Below are positions 1 to 12,000 of a DNA stretch of 64,000 bases, one piece after another. A program made the translations under genes and the position numbers. How positions within the stretch are numbered: the first letter of the stretch is position 1; every line of letters starts with the position of its first letter. Below the pieces are notes generated by a model that was given only the letters and a program-made list of their open reading frames with translations, had not been told where the DNA came from and did no database searches. Origin of the DNA: a virus; IMG/VR virus record IMGVR_UViG_3300036715_003254, positions 64,001 to 128,000 of that record; one strand, 5' to 3'.

Positions 1-425
1 TTCGTCAACCAACAGTAGCTTAAATCATAAATCACTTCTACATCGTCTCTATCGCCCCAATCGGCATACTTATAAACTTTTATCTGGAAAAAAGAATCGT
101 CTGGATAAGAGTCATATAAACATTTAAGAATTGAAGCGAACATTGTATGATAGGTATTTCCTTCCATTTCATAAAGTTCGAAAGAAAGCTGTACTTCTTT
201 TTGGCTAACATAACAAAAGTTAAAAAATCCAGATTGATATTCAGTCGCTAATGATGCAGTTATAGCGTCCAAATTGAAAGTTTTTACGCCTGGTATAGTT
301 ATTTTACTTCCAGGAGTTAAACCTACAGATTTTAATTTTTTCTCTCTAGGTAGAATTATATCGATCGAAAAATTATTTTTGAAAGAAAATCTATATAAAA
401 AACTATCGAGTGGATTTTTAGCCAT
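1..425 (-). CDS. Partial (runs off window) virion protein, possibly tail-tube-like or baseplate; not in ORF track
   Basis: ATG at 425 with GAGG RBS and AATAAATA promoter. Open frame MAKNPLDSFLYRFSFKNNFSIDIILP...YDLSYCWLT reaches the edge. Divergent from gp19. Confidence 0.6.
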   Translation of the reverse strand, partial: MAKNPLDSFLYRFSFKNNFSIDIILPREKKLKSVGLTPGSKITIPGVKTFNLDAITASLATEYQSGFFNFCYVSQKEVQLSFELYEMEGNTYHTMFASILKCLYDSYPDDSFFQIKVYKYADWGDRDDVEVIYDLSYCWLT

Positions 426-435
426 TTTTACCTCA

Positions 436-465
436 AATAAATATTGTGAACCGAAATTATTTATT
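436..465. promoter_or_regulatory. Pair of face-to-face T4-like late promoters
   Basis: AATAAATA at 436-443 (+) and 458-465 (-), a variant of T4 TATAAATA. The same motif precedes most structural genes here. Confidence 0.65.
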
Positions 466-477
466 TGGAGATAAAAA

Positions 478-984
478 ATGGCTTATGATATAGAAAATCT
501 AAAGACCACACTTGGTATAGGTGCAAAGAAGTATAGATTTAAATTAATACTTCCTCTTGAAGGTGCTGACAAAGCAGACTTGCTCGTTAAGACTGCGAAA
601 CTTCCTAATATAGAAATTGCTGAAACAGAAGTATTTTCAAAAGGAAGAAAACTAAAAATCAGAGGACACAGAAAATTCGATGGCGAATTAACTTGTACAT
701 TCCTTTCTGATGATGCTCATACATTAAGAAAAGCGTTTGAAACGATTATAGAAAAAACTGACTCATATACCACTAACATAGCCACAAATAGCCACGCAGA
801 TTATATGATTACAGGTATGACTCTTGTTCAGCTTGCAGGTGATGACACTGAAAAAGCAAAATGGGAATTTAAAAATGTTTGGGTAAAAACTGTTGGTGAA
901 ATTGAATTCACTTCAGAAGAAGGTGAAGAAATTATTGAGCTTCAGGTAACTTTCTGCTACTCAGACTACGTAAGAACGCTTTAA
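478..984 (+). CDS. gp19: Tail tube protein (T4 gp19-like)
   Basis: 168 aa; KTAKLP, GRKLKIRG.RKF, WEFKNVWVKTVGEIEF, VTFCYSDY motifs. Confidence 0.85.
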   Translation: MAYDIENLKTTLGIGAKKYRFKLILPLEGADKADLLVKTAKLPNIEIAETEVFSKGRKLKIRGHRKFDGELTCTFLSDDAHTLRKAFETIIEKTDSYTTNIATNSHADYMITGMTLVQLAGDDTEKAKWEFKNVWVKTVGEIEFTSEEGEEIIELQVTFCYSDYVRTL

Positions 985-988
985 TAAA

Positions 989-1022
989 AATGAGGAGAAT
1001 TATCTCTCCTCATTTCTTTTTT
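989..1022 (+). terminator. Intrinsic terminator
   Basis: ATGAGGAGA/TCTCCTCAT stem followed by a T-rich tract. Confidence 0.7.
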
Positions 1023-1048
1023 AGAAAATCTCTTATAAAGGAGTTTAT

Positions 1049-1246
1049 ACGAACAAATTTTTTAAAAAAATCAAATCTCAGAAAGGAATTAGTGATGTTG
1101 TAGTAGCACTTCTACTTGTATTAGTAGGTGTTGTTGCTGTAGCAGGTATTCAAGTATTCTTAAAAACACAATCTGCTACTGTTCAAACAGAAACAGCTTC
1201 TCATCTAAATAAAGTAGTATCAGAAAGCAACTCGACACAACAATAA
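1049..1246 (+). CDS. Small pilin-like protein with class III signal peptide, ACG start; not in ORF track
   Basis: AAGGAG-N5-ACG. 65 aa: NKFFKKIKSQKG|ISDVVVALLLVLVGVVAVAGIQVFL... Confidence 0.6.
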   Translation, partial: TNKFFKKIKSQKGISDVVVALLLVLVGVVAVAGIQVFLKTQSATVQTETASHLNKVVSESNSTQQ

Positions 1247-1264
1247 AGGGAATATTTCTTCCTT

Positions 1265-1432
1265 TTATTTTTCTTTTGTTATTTCTTCAGTTTCTTCTTC
1301 AATTTCTTTGTCTTTGTTTCTTTTAAACAATTTTGGTTTTTTCTTTTGGTCTTTCTTAGATGGATCTCCTGGATTAACTACATCACCAGAAACAGTTTCT
1401 TCTTGAAGTAATAAAAATTCAGACACTTTCAT
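1265..1432 (-). CDS. Small charged hypothetical protein (55 aa); not in ORF track
   Basis: MKVSEFLLLQEETVSGDVVNPGDP...; ATG abuts the gp13 stop codon. Confidence 0.55.
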   Translation of the reverse strand: MKVSEFLLLQEETVSGDVVNPGDPSKKDQKKKPKLFKRNKDKEIEEETEEITKEK

Positions 1433-2182
1433 TTATACCACCGTTATACCTGTTGGACAGCCGTAAAGTTTAGTTAGATCTTCATCAAGCTTACTTAGCG
1501 CTTCTTTAGCATCAGATATCATTCTATTGTATTCTATTTTAGAGCCGGAAACCAAACTTGCATCGTATTTACCTAGATTTGTTCCTTGTTGTAATAGAGC
1601 AAGATTATGTGCATAATTTTTTACCCAAGTATGATTATAAATGTCGTCTATATCTCCAGGAGTATACTGTAAAGCTAGATGTAAAAGTATATTTGGATAA
1701 CCTTGACTATAAACATCTTCTAGGAAATTTATTTCTTTATTAAAGGAATTCCAAGAATAGTTTGGACATCTTCTGAAAAATCTCATAATATGTTCATATT
1801 GAGCCATCATAGAGTAGACTTGAGTAATATCTATTTGGTACGATTGTCCCTGAGGATTGAAACCGAACATTTGAAACACAAAATCTGATTGAATAACAGT
1901 TCTATCTGGCATAGTGAACATAGAAGCGTTACCGACATAGATATTAAGCAAGGCTAGTGTTTTGTCAGGAAGTTTATACTTTCTAACTCCTTGTTGAACA
2001 GGAAGGAGATACACATCTTCTGTGTATCCCTCATAAGCAAAAGTGGTGAATTTGTTTATAGCTTCATTAATACAATCGGAAAGTTGAGATTCAGTTAACT
2101 CAACAGATATTATACCATCACCAAGTTTTCTTTTGATATATTTTTTAAGATCTACTTCCGATTGTATTTTTGAAAATGCCAT
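1433..2182 (-). CDS. gp13: Neck protein (T4 gp13-like)
   Basis: LKKYIKRKLG..ISVEL..SQL.DCI, WVKNYA...QQG.NLGKY, C-terminal PTGITV. Confidence 0.85.
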   Translation of the reverse strand: MAFSKIQSEVDLKKYIKRKLGDGIISVELTESQLSDCINEAINKFTTFAYEGYTEDVYLLPVQQGVRKYKLPDKTLALLNIYVGNASMFTMPDRTVIQSDFVFQMFGFNPQGQSYQIDITQVYSMMAQYEHIMRFFRRCPNYSWNSFNKEINFLEDVYSQGYPNILLHLALQYTPGDIDDIYNHTWVKNYAHNLALLQQGTNLGKYDASLVSGSKIEYNRMISDAKEALSKLDEDLTKLYGCPTGITVV

Positions 2183-2481
2183 TATTTTCTACCTTTTCTA
2201 CCTTTTGTTTCTTCGACAGCTTCTTCAGTAACAGTAATATCAGAAGATTCGTCTTTAAGAATTTCTTCGTCATTTTCTACAAATTTTTCAGTAACGGTTT
2301 CTTTTATTTCTTTAACAGCTTCTTCTACTTTTGTTTCAGCCGTTTCAACAAAACCTTCTACTTTCTCGAAAAAACTTGAAAAAACCTCTGTAAATGGAGA
2401 CTTAACATAAAGTTCTCCAGCTTTTATTTCTTGTGAAATGTGACCAATCGAAATGACTCTATCTACTAGCGCCTTATACAT
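2182..2481 (-). CDS. Acidic hypothetical protein
   Basis: 99 aa, GGAG RBS, coupled to gp13. Confidence 0.6.
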   Translation of the reverse strand: MYKALVDRVISIGHISQEIKAGELYVKSPFTEVFSSFFEKVEGFVETAETKVEEAVKEIKETVTEKFVENDEEILKDESSDITVTEEAVEETKGRKGRK

Positions 2482-2591
2482 TTTTCTCCTCTTTAAACCC
2501 CTCTAAACATAGAGGACATTTTGTATTAATTTCGTTGTTAGTTGGTTTTCCGAAAGCTTCCTCAATAGTAACACTTTCGCTCATATCGTAC

Positions 2592-2996
2592 TCAATTACC
2601 TTTTTTGATTTTTGAGTTTCCTGATTGTTTTTGTTCTCCAATTTCACTCCTTTCGTCGTTATTATTTATTTCATTAATTACGACTTCTGGTTCTGAAATT
2701 ATAGTTTCTGGTTTAGAAACAACTTCTTGTTCAGAAGTAGCAGTTTCTGGTTCTGAAATTATAGTTTCTGGTTTAGAAACAACTTCTTGTTCAGAAGTAG
2801 CAACTTCTGTTTCAGAAATTATAACCTTTGGTTCAGAAAAAGGAGCTTGAATATAAATTTTCTCGCCAACACAAAAGAAATTGTCTTTATAGATTCTAGT
2901 AATAACAGATTCTTCGACTAGAGAATCTTTTTTAAAGTCATATCTTCTTCCTTCGTGAACGATTATTTTGTTTTTCAATACTTTGAAAAGTTTCAT
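2592..2996 (-). CDS. Hypothetical protein with 20-aa repeats
   Basis: 134 aa, AAGGA RBS; ATSEQEVVSKPETIISEPE occurs twice. Confidence 0.65.
   Translation of the reverse strand: MKLFKVLKNKIIVHEGRRYDFKKDSLVEESVITRIYKDNFFCVGEKIYIQAPFSEPKVIISETEVATSEQEVVSKPETIISEPETATSEQEVVSKPETIISEPEVVINEINNNDERSEIGEQKQSGNSKIKKGN
2685..2822. repeat. 60-bp coding tandem repeat (~2.3 units)
   Basis: Lines starting at 2701 and 2761 are near-identical. Confidence 0.9.
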
Positions 2997-3011
2997 TAAA
3001 AATCCTTTAAT

Positions 3012-3042
3012 AAAGGAGAGGGCTTAAGCCCTCTCTTTTTTA
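3012..3042. terminator. Hairpin terminator
   Basis: GAGAGGGC-TTAA-GCCCTCTC flanked by A and T tracts. Confidence 0.7.
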
Positions 3043-6000
3043 GTAATCACCACCGAATACTGTAACAGCTATCGGAGAATTTGGACCATATGATGTAGCA
3101 GTACCAAGAGTAGCATAAACTCTCATACCACTATCAAGAGAAAGATTTGGATAATAGAAGAACTCACTTTGAGCGCCTGTCTCTGTAGTTGATATAGAAG
3201 GAACAGAGATTTCCGCTATCATTGAGTTGTTTTCTTTTATCTTGACATCTCCACCATTATTCAAGAAGAACCTTACTACTGTTGAACCTGTAGTAGATGT
3301 AGGTCTGACTTTGAATGTATCTAGTCTAGAACCATAAGGACCAGCAGCATAAACAAGTTTCATAGTATCATCAGAGTAACCTGCTATACCGAAATTGCTA
3401 CCAGCTAGAGTAGAAACTTTTCCTGTTGTCAAATCGATTTTTCTTACTTTATGATATTGTGAATCAAGAATAAAGAGTGCGTTTCTTGAAGCGCTATATT
3501 TAATATCAGCAATAGAACCGAATAGAGCAGCAGAAAGACCACCACTACCATCAACAAAACCAGATTGACCAAAAGGATTTCCTGCAAAGTAAGCAGATAT
3601 TCCTGTAGCATCATCGACAGTTTTAATTTTTGTTACATCTGAGACATACCAAGTTGAACCGACTTTTGTCATACCTATTGGTGTAGACTGATAAGTCGCT
3701 TTTTTACCCATACAATTTCCAGGATAAGAACCGACACCAAGTTCCATTGTGAGAGTTTTACTAGAAATATCTACTTTTGAAACATAAGCTGAGTTTCCTA
3801 TTAGGAATTGAGTTGGACTAATCCAAGTAATTTGACTATGAATTGTCAAATTCAATGGAACTTGAGCAATATTACCTATACCGTAACTGTTTGACTTACC
3901 ACTAGTATTTACTAGTGTAGAAACAAGACCGCTTTGAATATCCATAACTCTTATTTTTGAATATCCAACATCAACTATATAAAGGTTTTCTTTAGACGCA
4001 TCAAGAGAAAGTTTAGCTGGATTATAGAAACTTGCTGAAGTTCCATTTCCATCTAAGAACCCTTGTCCGCTACCTGCTATAGTTGTAGTATAACCATTAT
4101 ATGGATTTACTTTTCTTATTCTGTAACCTGAATAATCAGCTACATACAAGAAGTTACCATCGAAAGCTATACCTGCAGGATAGTTGAATTTCGATTTTGG
4201 ACCATCAGAAGCAATACCCCAACCAGTACCATCACTAGAAGATCCAGATGTATCACCAGCAATAGTAGTTAAGAAACCTGTTGAAAGTTTCATTTTTCTA
4301 ATAACATTGTTACCGCTATCAGCTATAAACATATTTCCGTTGCCATCAAGAACAAATTGTCTTGGATTATTCATTCTTGCTATAAGGTTTACACCATCAG
4401 CATAACCAGAGTTACCTGTACCTGCCCAAGTTTGAACCATAACATTAAGTTGAGGATATACTCTTCTTATTTTATAGTTAGATTGGTCAGCAACATATAG
4501 ACTAGTTCCGTCAGCAGTACAAACAATACCTCTCGGATAGTTGAATTTAGTTGAAGTATTATAACCGTCAACGTTACCTGGATATGTTGTATCAGAAGTT
4601 GAGTTATTAGGTGGAGTACCAGCAATAAGAAGTACTGTACAAGTATCTATGTCAATTCTTCTAATAACGTGGTTACTGTATTCTGCAACATAAAGCTCTC
4701 TGTTATTTGATACACAAATGCCCCAAGGATTGTTAAATCTAGTATTGGCTTGACCAGTACCATCTATATAACCTTTTGTACCGTCACCAGCAAATACAGA
4801 AACTCTCTTATCAGACAAGCCGTATTTTCTAATTCTATGACCGCTGTATTCTGTAACATAAAGGTTACCTTCAAATTCTACCATATGCATTGGACCATTA
4901 ATAGCTGCAGAGTCACCGATACCGTCAACAGTAGAAGCTGAACCGTTTCCGAAAAGTGTACCGACTTTACCAGTGGCTTTGTCGATATATCTTACCCTAT
5001 TGTTATTAGTATCAGCTACATAAATTGTAGATTTATCGCTTGACCAAGCTAGACCATTAGGATTGTTAAACATAGCTTCACTAGGTTTACCATCAGCAAA
5101 ACCAGCAACACCTTTACCAGCAAATGTTGTTATTTGTCCGTTAGATATTTTTCTAATTCTGTTATTTGAACTATCAGCAACATAAATATCGCCATTTGTG
5201 TCGACTACTATACCCATTGGATAGTTAAACATACCGACTGCGGCCTTTCCTTCAGTATAACCAGAATAACCTGAACCTGCAACAACAGAAGTCAGTTTTG
5301 TGGTTTCGTCATATACTCTTACTTTATAGTTTGCATAATCAGCAAAATAAACTTTTCCAGATTTATAGAAAGGAGTTAGAACGCCGTTTCCTACTCTTGT
5401 AAAGTTTCCGTAAGTGTCATTTGAACCAGAAGTACCATCACCCAGAACAGTATCAACTAGATTAGTTGAAATGTCGAGTCTTCTCATTCTAGCGTCGCCT
5501 GAGTTCCAGTTACCTATATAAAGTTTTGAACCATCTTCGCTTAGAGATAGGTATGAAGGATATGTAATCAATGGTCTTAGTCTTACGCCGTCGTTAGATG
5601 CTCCAGAACCAGAGTATTTTGTACCACCAGCATAAGTCTCAACATAATAAGAGTTAACATCAAAAGATCTAACAGTTGTAACTGCTGTAGAGATGTTTGA
5701 GTTTGTAAAGTAAATCAACTTATCATTTGAGTCATAAATTGCTCCAGGAATATGTGCGATTGTAAACGATCCGTATTGTCCGTCAGTTGAACCATAAGAG
5801 TTAGAAGAGTTAATTGTTTGACAATCGTCAGTAGCGAAGCTTATTCTTCTAACATAAGGTTGTCCGAAGAACCACACTGTGTTCGCATCTTCCCATACAA
5901 TATTAGAAATACTATCATTGTATGTACCTGTTTCAGAGAATGTAGTTTTATAAGCTGGACAGTTAGAAGCTGAACCAGAAGCTCCGTGTGTTCCAAGGAA

Positions 6001-9000
6001 TTGACTAAATTCACCTGTTGTAGTATCGTATTTTGTGATAGTATAATTTGCTCTATTATAAGCGTAGATATTGCCATCAAGACCAACAGAGAAATAACCA
6101 GAAGAAAGACCGAATGAACCTAAAGCTGTTTTAGAGCTTGTCATTTTTGCTGGTGATGTAGAATACGAATCAGCAAATGATGAGATAATTGTTGAAACAA
6201 AGTTTTTACTAATATCGTATTTCACAAGTCCAAGGCTTGAAGCAGTAATAGCTAGGAATTTATCTTTGTCAATACTGCAAAGTTTACCTATACCTGTAGC
6301 AGTAACATAATCTACGTGACCTGTTTGAGAAGAAACTCCTGAACCTGTATAAGAGAATACTTGTGGATATGGAAGGAAGCCAAGATCAATTACTCTTACT
6401 ACATTGTTTCCTGTATCAGAAACATAAACTTTTTTGTTTTTAGAGTCAACAATGATACCGTTCATAGTTGATGAGAATCTAGAAGAAAGTAGATTTCCAT
6501 TTATTACAGAACCGTTACCACTACCAGCAATTGTAATTACTTGTTGAGTAGCTTCATTGTATTTTCTAACAGCAGCATTACTATCGCCTGAAGAATAAGC
6601 TGTAAACCAAAGATCTTGATTTGTAGCATCATAAGCCATAGCCATAACAGTACCAACAGAAGCGTTTATACCTTCACCTGTACCCATTGAAGTTTGACCA
6701 TTACCACAAGCTATTGAAACAATTCCTGTAGCTAGATCTATTCTTCTGATTACATTGTTTCCAGCATCAGCAACATATAGACAGTTAGCTCCGGAAGAGT
6801 AAACTATGTCATTAAGTGTAGTACTGAATGTAGCATTTGCTCCAGTGCCGTTTTCAAAACCAGTCATTACTGAACCGGCTATTGTGGTAACAATACCGTT
6901 TTGAGTGATTTTTCTTACAGTAGAAGAGTCACAAACATAGAAATTTGTGCCATCAGTTGTAATTCCAGTAATAGATGTGAATGTAGGCGGAATAGACAAA
7001 TAACCAACTTCAGATGTTGCTGTATATGATGATGTAGATGAACCCATTCCTAGTAGAATAACTCTATTATCTGAAGAAGAAAGAAGTATTAAGCTATCTA
7101 CTATACCTGCTGTATCAAGATTATTTCCTTGAATATAACTTACAGTATTGTTAGAAATAATAGCAAAGAAAACTAAAGCCGATGCTTTACCATTTCCTGT
7201 TTGTCCACCAACAAGAACTACATAACCGTTAGAAAGAACTAAAGATTTATGATAAGCCATAGTGTACGGAAGGTTTGTTACTGATGTCCAGTTAATAGTA
7301 TCACTTCCTAAAACACCTATATAAGCTTCACTTTGGCAGTTACCAGAGTACATACCGCCTGTAACAAAAATTCTACCGTCAGGAAGAGTAATAGCAGATT
7401 TACCTGTGACGCCTCCGCCAGAGTTAGGAAGAGCGCTAAACAATGATCCCCAAGAAACATCACTACCAGTATATTTACCTATAACAGAGCTTTTGCTTGA
7501 CAAGTAAACAACATTTGAACCTGATACAACAAGAAGACCGTCAGCTGTACCATTAGGACAAGCTGAAATAGATGTCCAAGTAATTTTATTATCGCTAGAA
7601 ACAGTACCTATATAAGAACCGCAAGCAGTTTTATTACTTGAATCAGTATAACCGCCTAGTACTATAATTTTTCCATCAGGAAGAGTAGCTACACTGTGTT
7701 CAATTACACCAGCTTCAGGGAAGTCAGTTGAAGCAACCCAAGTAGTACTATTACCAGAAACAGTTCCTATTTTAACAGTTTTTATACCGTTAGTACCGTC
7801 AGTTGAACCGCCTATTGAAACAATTCTGCCATCAGGAAGTTTAGTTGTTTTCGCTGGATAATTTGAGAATGTGTCATAATTATCAGTAGGAGTTACTAGA
7901 TTGATTTGAGCACCATCTTGTAGACCGCTTAGAGCACTACCAGCAAGAATACTAATATCACCTGTTGCTTGATTCCAAAGTTTTACAGATCTAACATCAG
8001 CTATAGCAGTCACATTTTTAGAAATGAAAGATAATCCTCTTAAAGCTGATTGGAAAGTAGGAATACTTGCTGTAGGACTATAGTATCCGTAGCAGTCATT
8101 TTGTGTATTATTGTATGATAGTTGAACAGCTGAACCAGTAGAAGTATCAACAACTCTGAATGTATCGTGAGTTTGTACATATATCTTACCGGCTGAATAA
8201 ACCATTGAGTTCTTAGTACCAGCAGTGTAGTAATTATTTGAACTTGCTGTTGAGCTACAAGTATTTGTAGTTTGTGTACTAGTATTATAAGAACCAGAAA
8301 GTGTAGATTCTGTTGTCCAACCTGTACCAGAGTATTTCAAAATACAGTTAGCAGAAAGAGTGAAAACATTTGTTCCGTCTGTACAAACTGAGAACATAGG
8401 TTTTGTAGAAATAGTTGATACAGTACCATCAGAAGCTATTCTTCTTAGACCGTTTTTATTATCAGCTACAAATACATCTCCGCCTATTTTACAAATATTG
8501 TTACCGTTTAGAGGAAGTTGTCCTGTAGCATTATAACTACTGAATACTGCTTGTTGACCATACTTACCATCTAGACTTCCAGGTTGAGCAAAAATACTAC
8601 CTGTTACGTGTGATACAAAGCCTGTAGAAGGATTTATTTTTCTAACTCTGTGGTTATAAGCATCACCAACATAAACTGTACCATCAGAAGCACAAGCAAC
8701 ACCTATAGGACTGTTAAACGCTGCAAGTTTTCTTATACCATCAGCAGAACCATAAGTACCATTTATACCTGCGTATGTTTCGACGTCGCCAGAAGTCAAA
8801 TCCATTCTTCTAATTACGTGGTTTGTAGTATCAGCCATAAACAAGTATTGACCTGTAGAATCAACAAATAGAGAATAAACTGAACCTATAAGAGCGTTAT
8901 AAGAACCACCTCCTGGACCTTGACCATCTTGGTTACCAGCAGAAGATTGTGAGCTAGTATTACCAGCTATTGTCACAACATTTCCAGCATTTCCGGAAGC

Positions 9001-12000
9001 ATCCAAAGGAATTCTTCTTATCAAATAGTTACCACCGTCAGCAACATATAAGTTTGCTTCATTTGCGTCAACAGCAATGTCATAAACAGCTTTAAATCTA
9101 GCAGTAGCTGTAGGAGCTCCATCTGCATAACCAGAAGAGTTATATGAACCAGCTATTGTAGTAACATTTGGATTATTTGGAAGACCTGTTATTTTTCTTA
9201 CTGTATAACCACCGCTATCAACAAAGTAGAATACACCAGAAGCACCAAGACAACCACCTGAAGGGTTATTACAAGTAGCGTTAGATCCTGCTCCGTCTGC
9301 ACCACCAGCTGTACCAACATTCGCTCCAGAAGCACCAGCAATTGTTGAAGTTGAATAAGAGTTATTTATAGCCGCAGATCTAATTCTGTTACCAGCAGCT
9401 TCACAAATATACATAGTCGAATTGTCTGGAGTAAGAATAACATCAGTCGGACCATTCAATCTTGAAGAACCTTGACTACCATCAGCATAACCAGCTGTAG
9501 CGTTTGGAGCAGCAGCACCAACAACAGTAGTAGTAGCACCAGTAGCTATAGTTACCTTTCTAATTGCGTGGTTACCTGTATCAGCAACATATAGATAATT
9601 TCCGTCGTTTGTTACTGCTACACCTTGAGGACCATTAAATGCTGAACCAGCACCGTTAGTACCATCAGTAAAACCAGAAGTACCAGTACCAGAAATAGTA
9701 GAAACAGCGCCTGTACTCATATCAATTTTTCTAATTTTGTGGTTACTAGAGTCGGCTACATAAAGTATACTACCGTATTGAGCAATACCTTTATGGCTGT
9801 TAAATGACGCCGGAGTACCAGATGAATATCCTTGGAAGTTTCCTGAAGATCCAGAAGTAAGACCAGAATATGTAGAAACTTGACCTGTAGCAATTACAAT
9901 TCTTCTGATTGCGTTATTTCCTGTATCAGCAACTAGTAGAGAATCTGAAAGTGGACCTTGACCTAGACAAATTTGTTTAGGTGAATTAAATTTTGCTGAA
10001 GTAGAGTTACCATCAACAAAACCACTAGCTCCACCAGCAAGAGTTTCAACCCTAGCAGTAGCAACATCTATTTTTCTAATCGCATTGTTTCCGCTATCAG
10101 TAACATAAAGAGTATTAAAGTCTTTTGAGAAACATAGAGCAACAGGAGTATTAAATGAAGCGTTTAGACCTTCACCATTAACAAAACCGCTAGAACCTGT
10201 ACCAGCAAAAGTTATAGTATTACCTGTAGCTAATTCTACTCTTCTTATTTTGTTATTGGCAGTATCAGCAACATACATATATTTAGAAGCTGAATCAACA
10301 ACAACATTATATGGAGAGTTAAATGACGCTTGAATTCCAACAGCAGGACCATCAGCAAAACCAGAAGCACCTGAACCAGCAACAGAAGTTATAATACCAG
10401 TTTTATTATCTAGTTTTCTTACTTTATTTCCATCTGTAAAATAAACTGCATTATTTGCTTCGTCTAGATAACAGAAATTTGGAGAAGCAAGAATAGCTTG
10501 AGAATATTGACCAACACCATCCATAGAACCAGTGTTACCGGTTCCAACAATAGTTGAAAGAGCGTAACCTGAAGTTGAAACTCTTCTGATTTTATTTGAT
10601 TTTGTATCAGCAACATAGATATAATCAGCAGTTGGAGATACACAAAGACCTAGAGGACCATTAAGAGTACCATTAGTACCTGTACTGTTATCAGTAGAAC
10701 CAGCAGAACCAGAACCAGCAATTGTATAAACAGCACCAGTTTGAGTCATAATTTTTCTGATTTTATTATTACCTGTATCAGTAACATATAGTATATTACC
10801 AGATTTATCACAAGTAATATCTGTAGGTGAATAGAAGCTAGCATTTAGACCTGTACCGTCAGTACCACCTATTGCACCAGAAGGAGAACCAGCAAGAGTT
10901 GTAGTAGCACCATTTAGTGGATTTACTTTTCTAATTCTTTGGTTACCTGTATCAGCAACATATAGATATTGGTCGTCACAAGTAATGCCTGTTGGTTGGA
11001 AGAATGAAACAGCGCTTCCAGTGTTACCATCAACATTATATTGAGGTCTGTTTATACCTGCATTATCTTGATTTAATTGAGAAACAGCATTTAGACCAGT
11101 ACCAGCTACAGTAGCAACCACCCATTGTGAAAGAGTAGAGTTATAAGTTAGACTTCTAATTTTGTTTGAGTTAGTATCTGCAACATATAGAACGCCGTTT
11201 AGTTGAGTAATACCTTGAGGATAGTTAAATGTAGCAGAAAGACCATTTCCATCAAGAGAAGAATTATCTCCAGAACCAGCGATTGTAGTAACAGTATTAT
11301 TACTCAAATCTATTTGTCTAATCATATTATTACCAGTATCAGCAACAAATAGTTTTGTATTAGTTTGGTCTAGACAAATACCTTTAGGAAGGTTAAATGT
11401 TGCGCTTGTACCAGCTCCGTTTAGAGAACCGAATTGTCCTGTACCAGCAATAGTAGAAACCACACCAGTAGCAATATCGTATTTTCTTATTTTGTTGTTT
11501 TTAGTATCAGTAAAGTATACTGTAGTACCATCAGAACATACGCCTCTAGGTTCATTAACTTCTGAAGCCATAAAGTAACCAGCACCATCAGAGTAAGAAG
11601 CATTTCCATCTCCAGCCATAGTAGAAATGAAGAAGTTATTATTTAGCTCAAGTCTTCTTATTGCGTGGTTTGTTGTATCTGAGAAATATAGACAGTTTGA
11701 AGTTGCATCATATTCCATATGTGAAATGACACCAAAACTTGCTGCCATACCAAAGCCGTCAGTAAGATTTGAGTTTCCGTTTCCGGCTATCAACATAATA
11801 GTATTTGTTATTGGGTCATATCTTTTGATTTTATATGTGTTAGCATCAGCTATATAGTAATATCTACCATCATAAGCCGTAGCAGATACTAGACCAAAAG
11901 AAGCAGAATAAGGAATAGAAATACCATCTCCATAAGAAACTATACCAGCACCAGCAAGAAGATTTACTTCTTTTGTTAGAGTATTAATAGCTCTTATTTT

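Noticed and set aside
2467-2585. ~39-aa ORF MSESVTIEEAFGKP...CPLC
   Set aside because: Short, with weak RBS support and overlapping the next gene; not confident enough to list.
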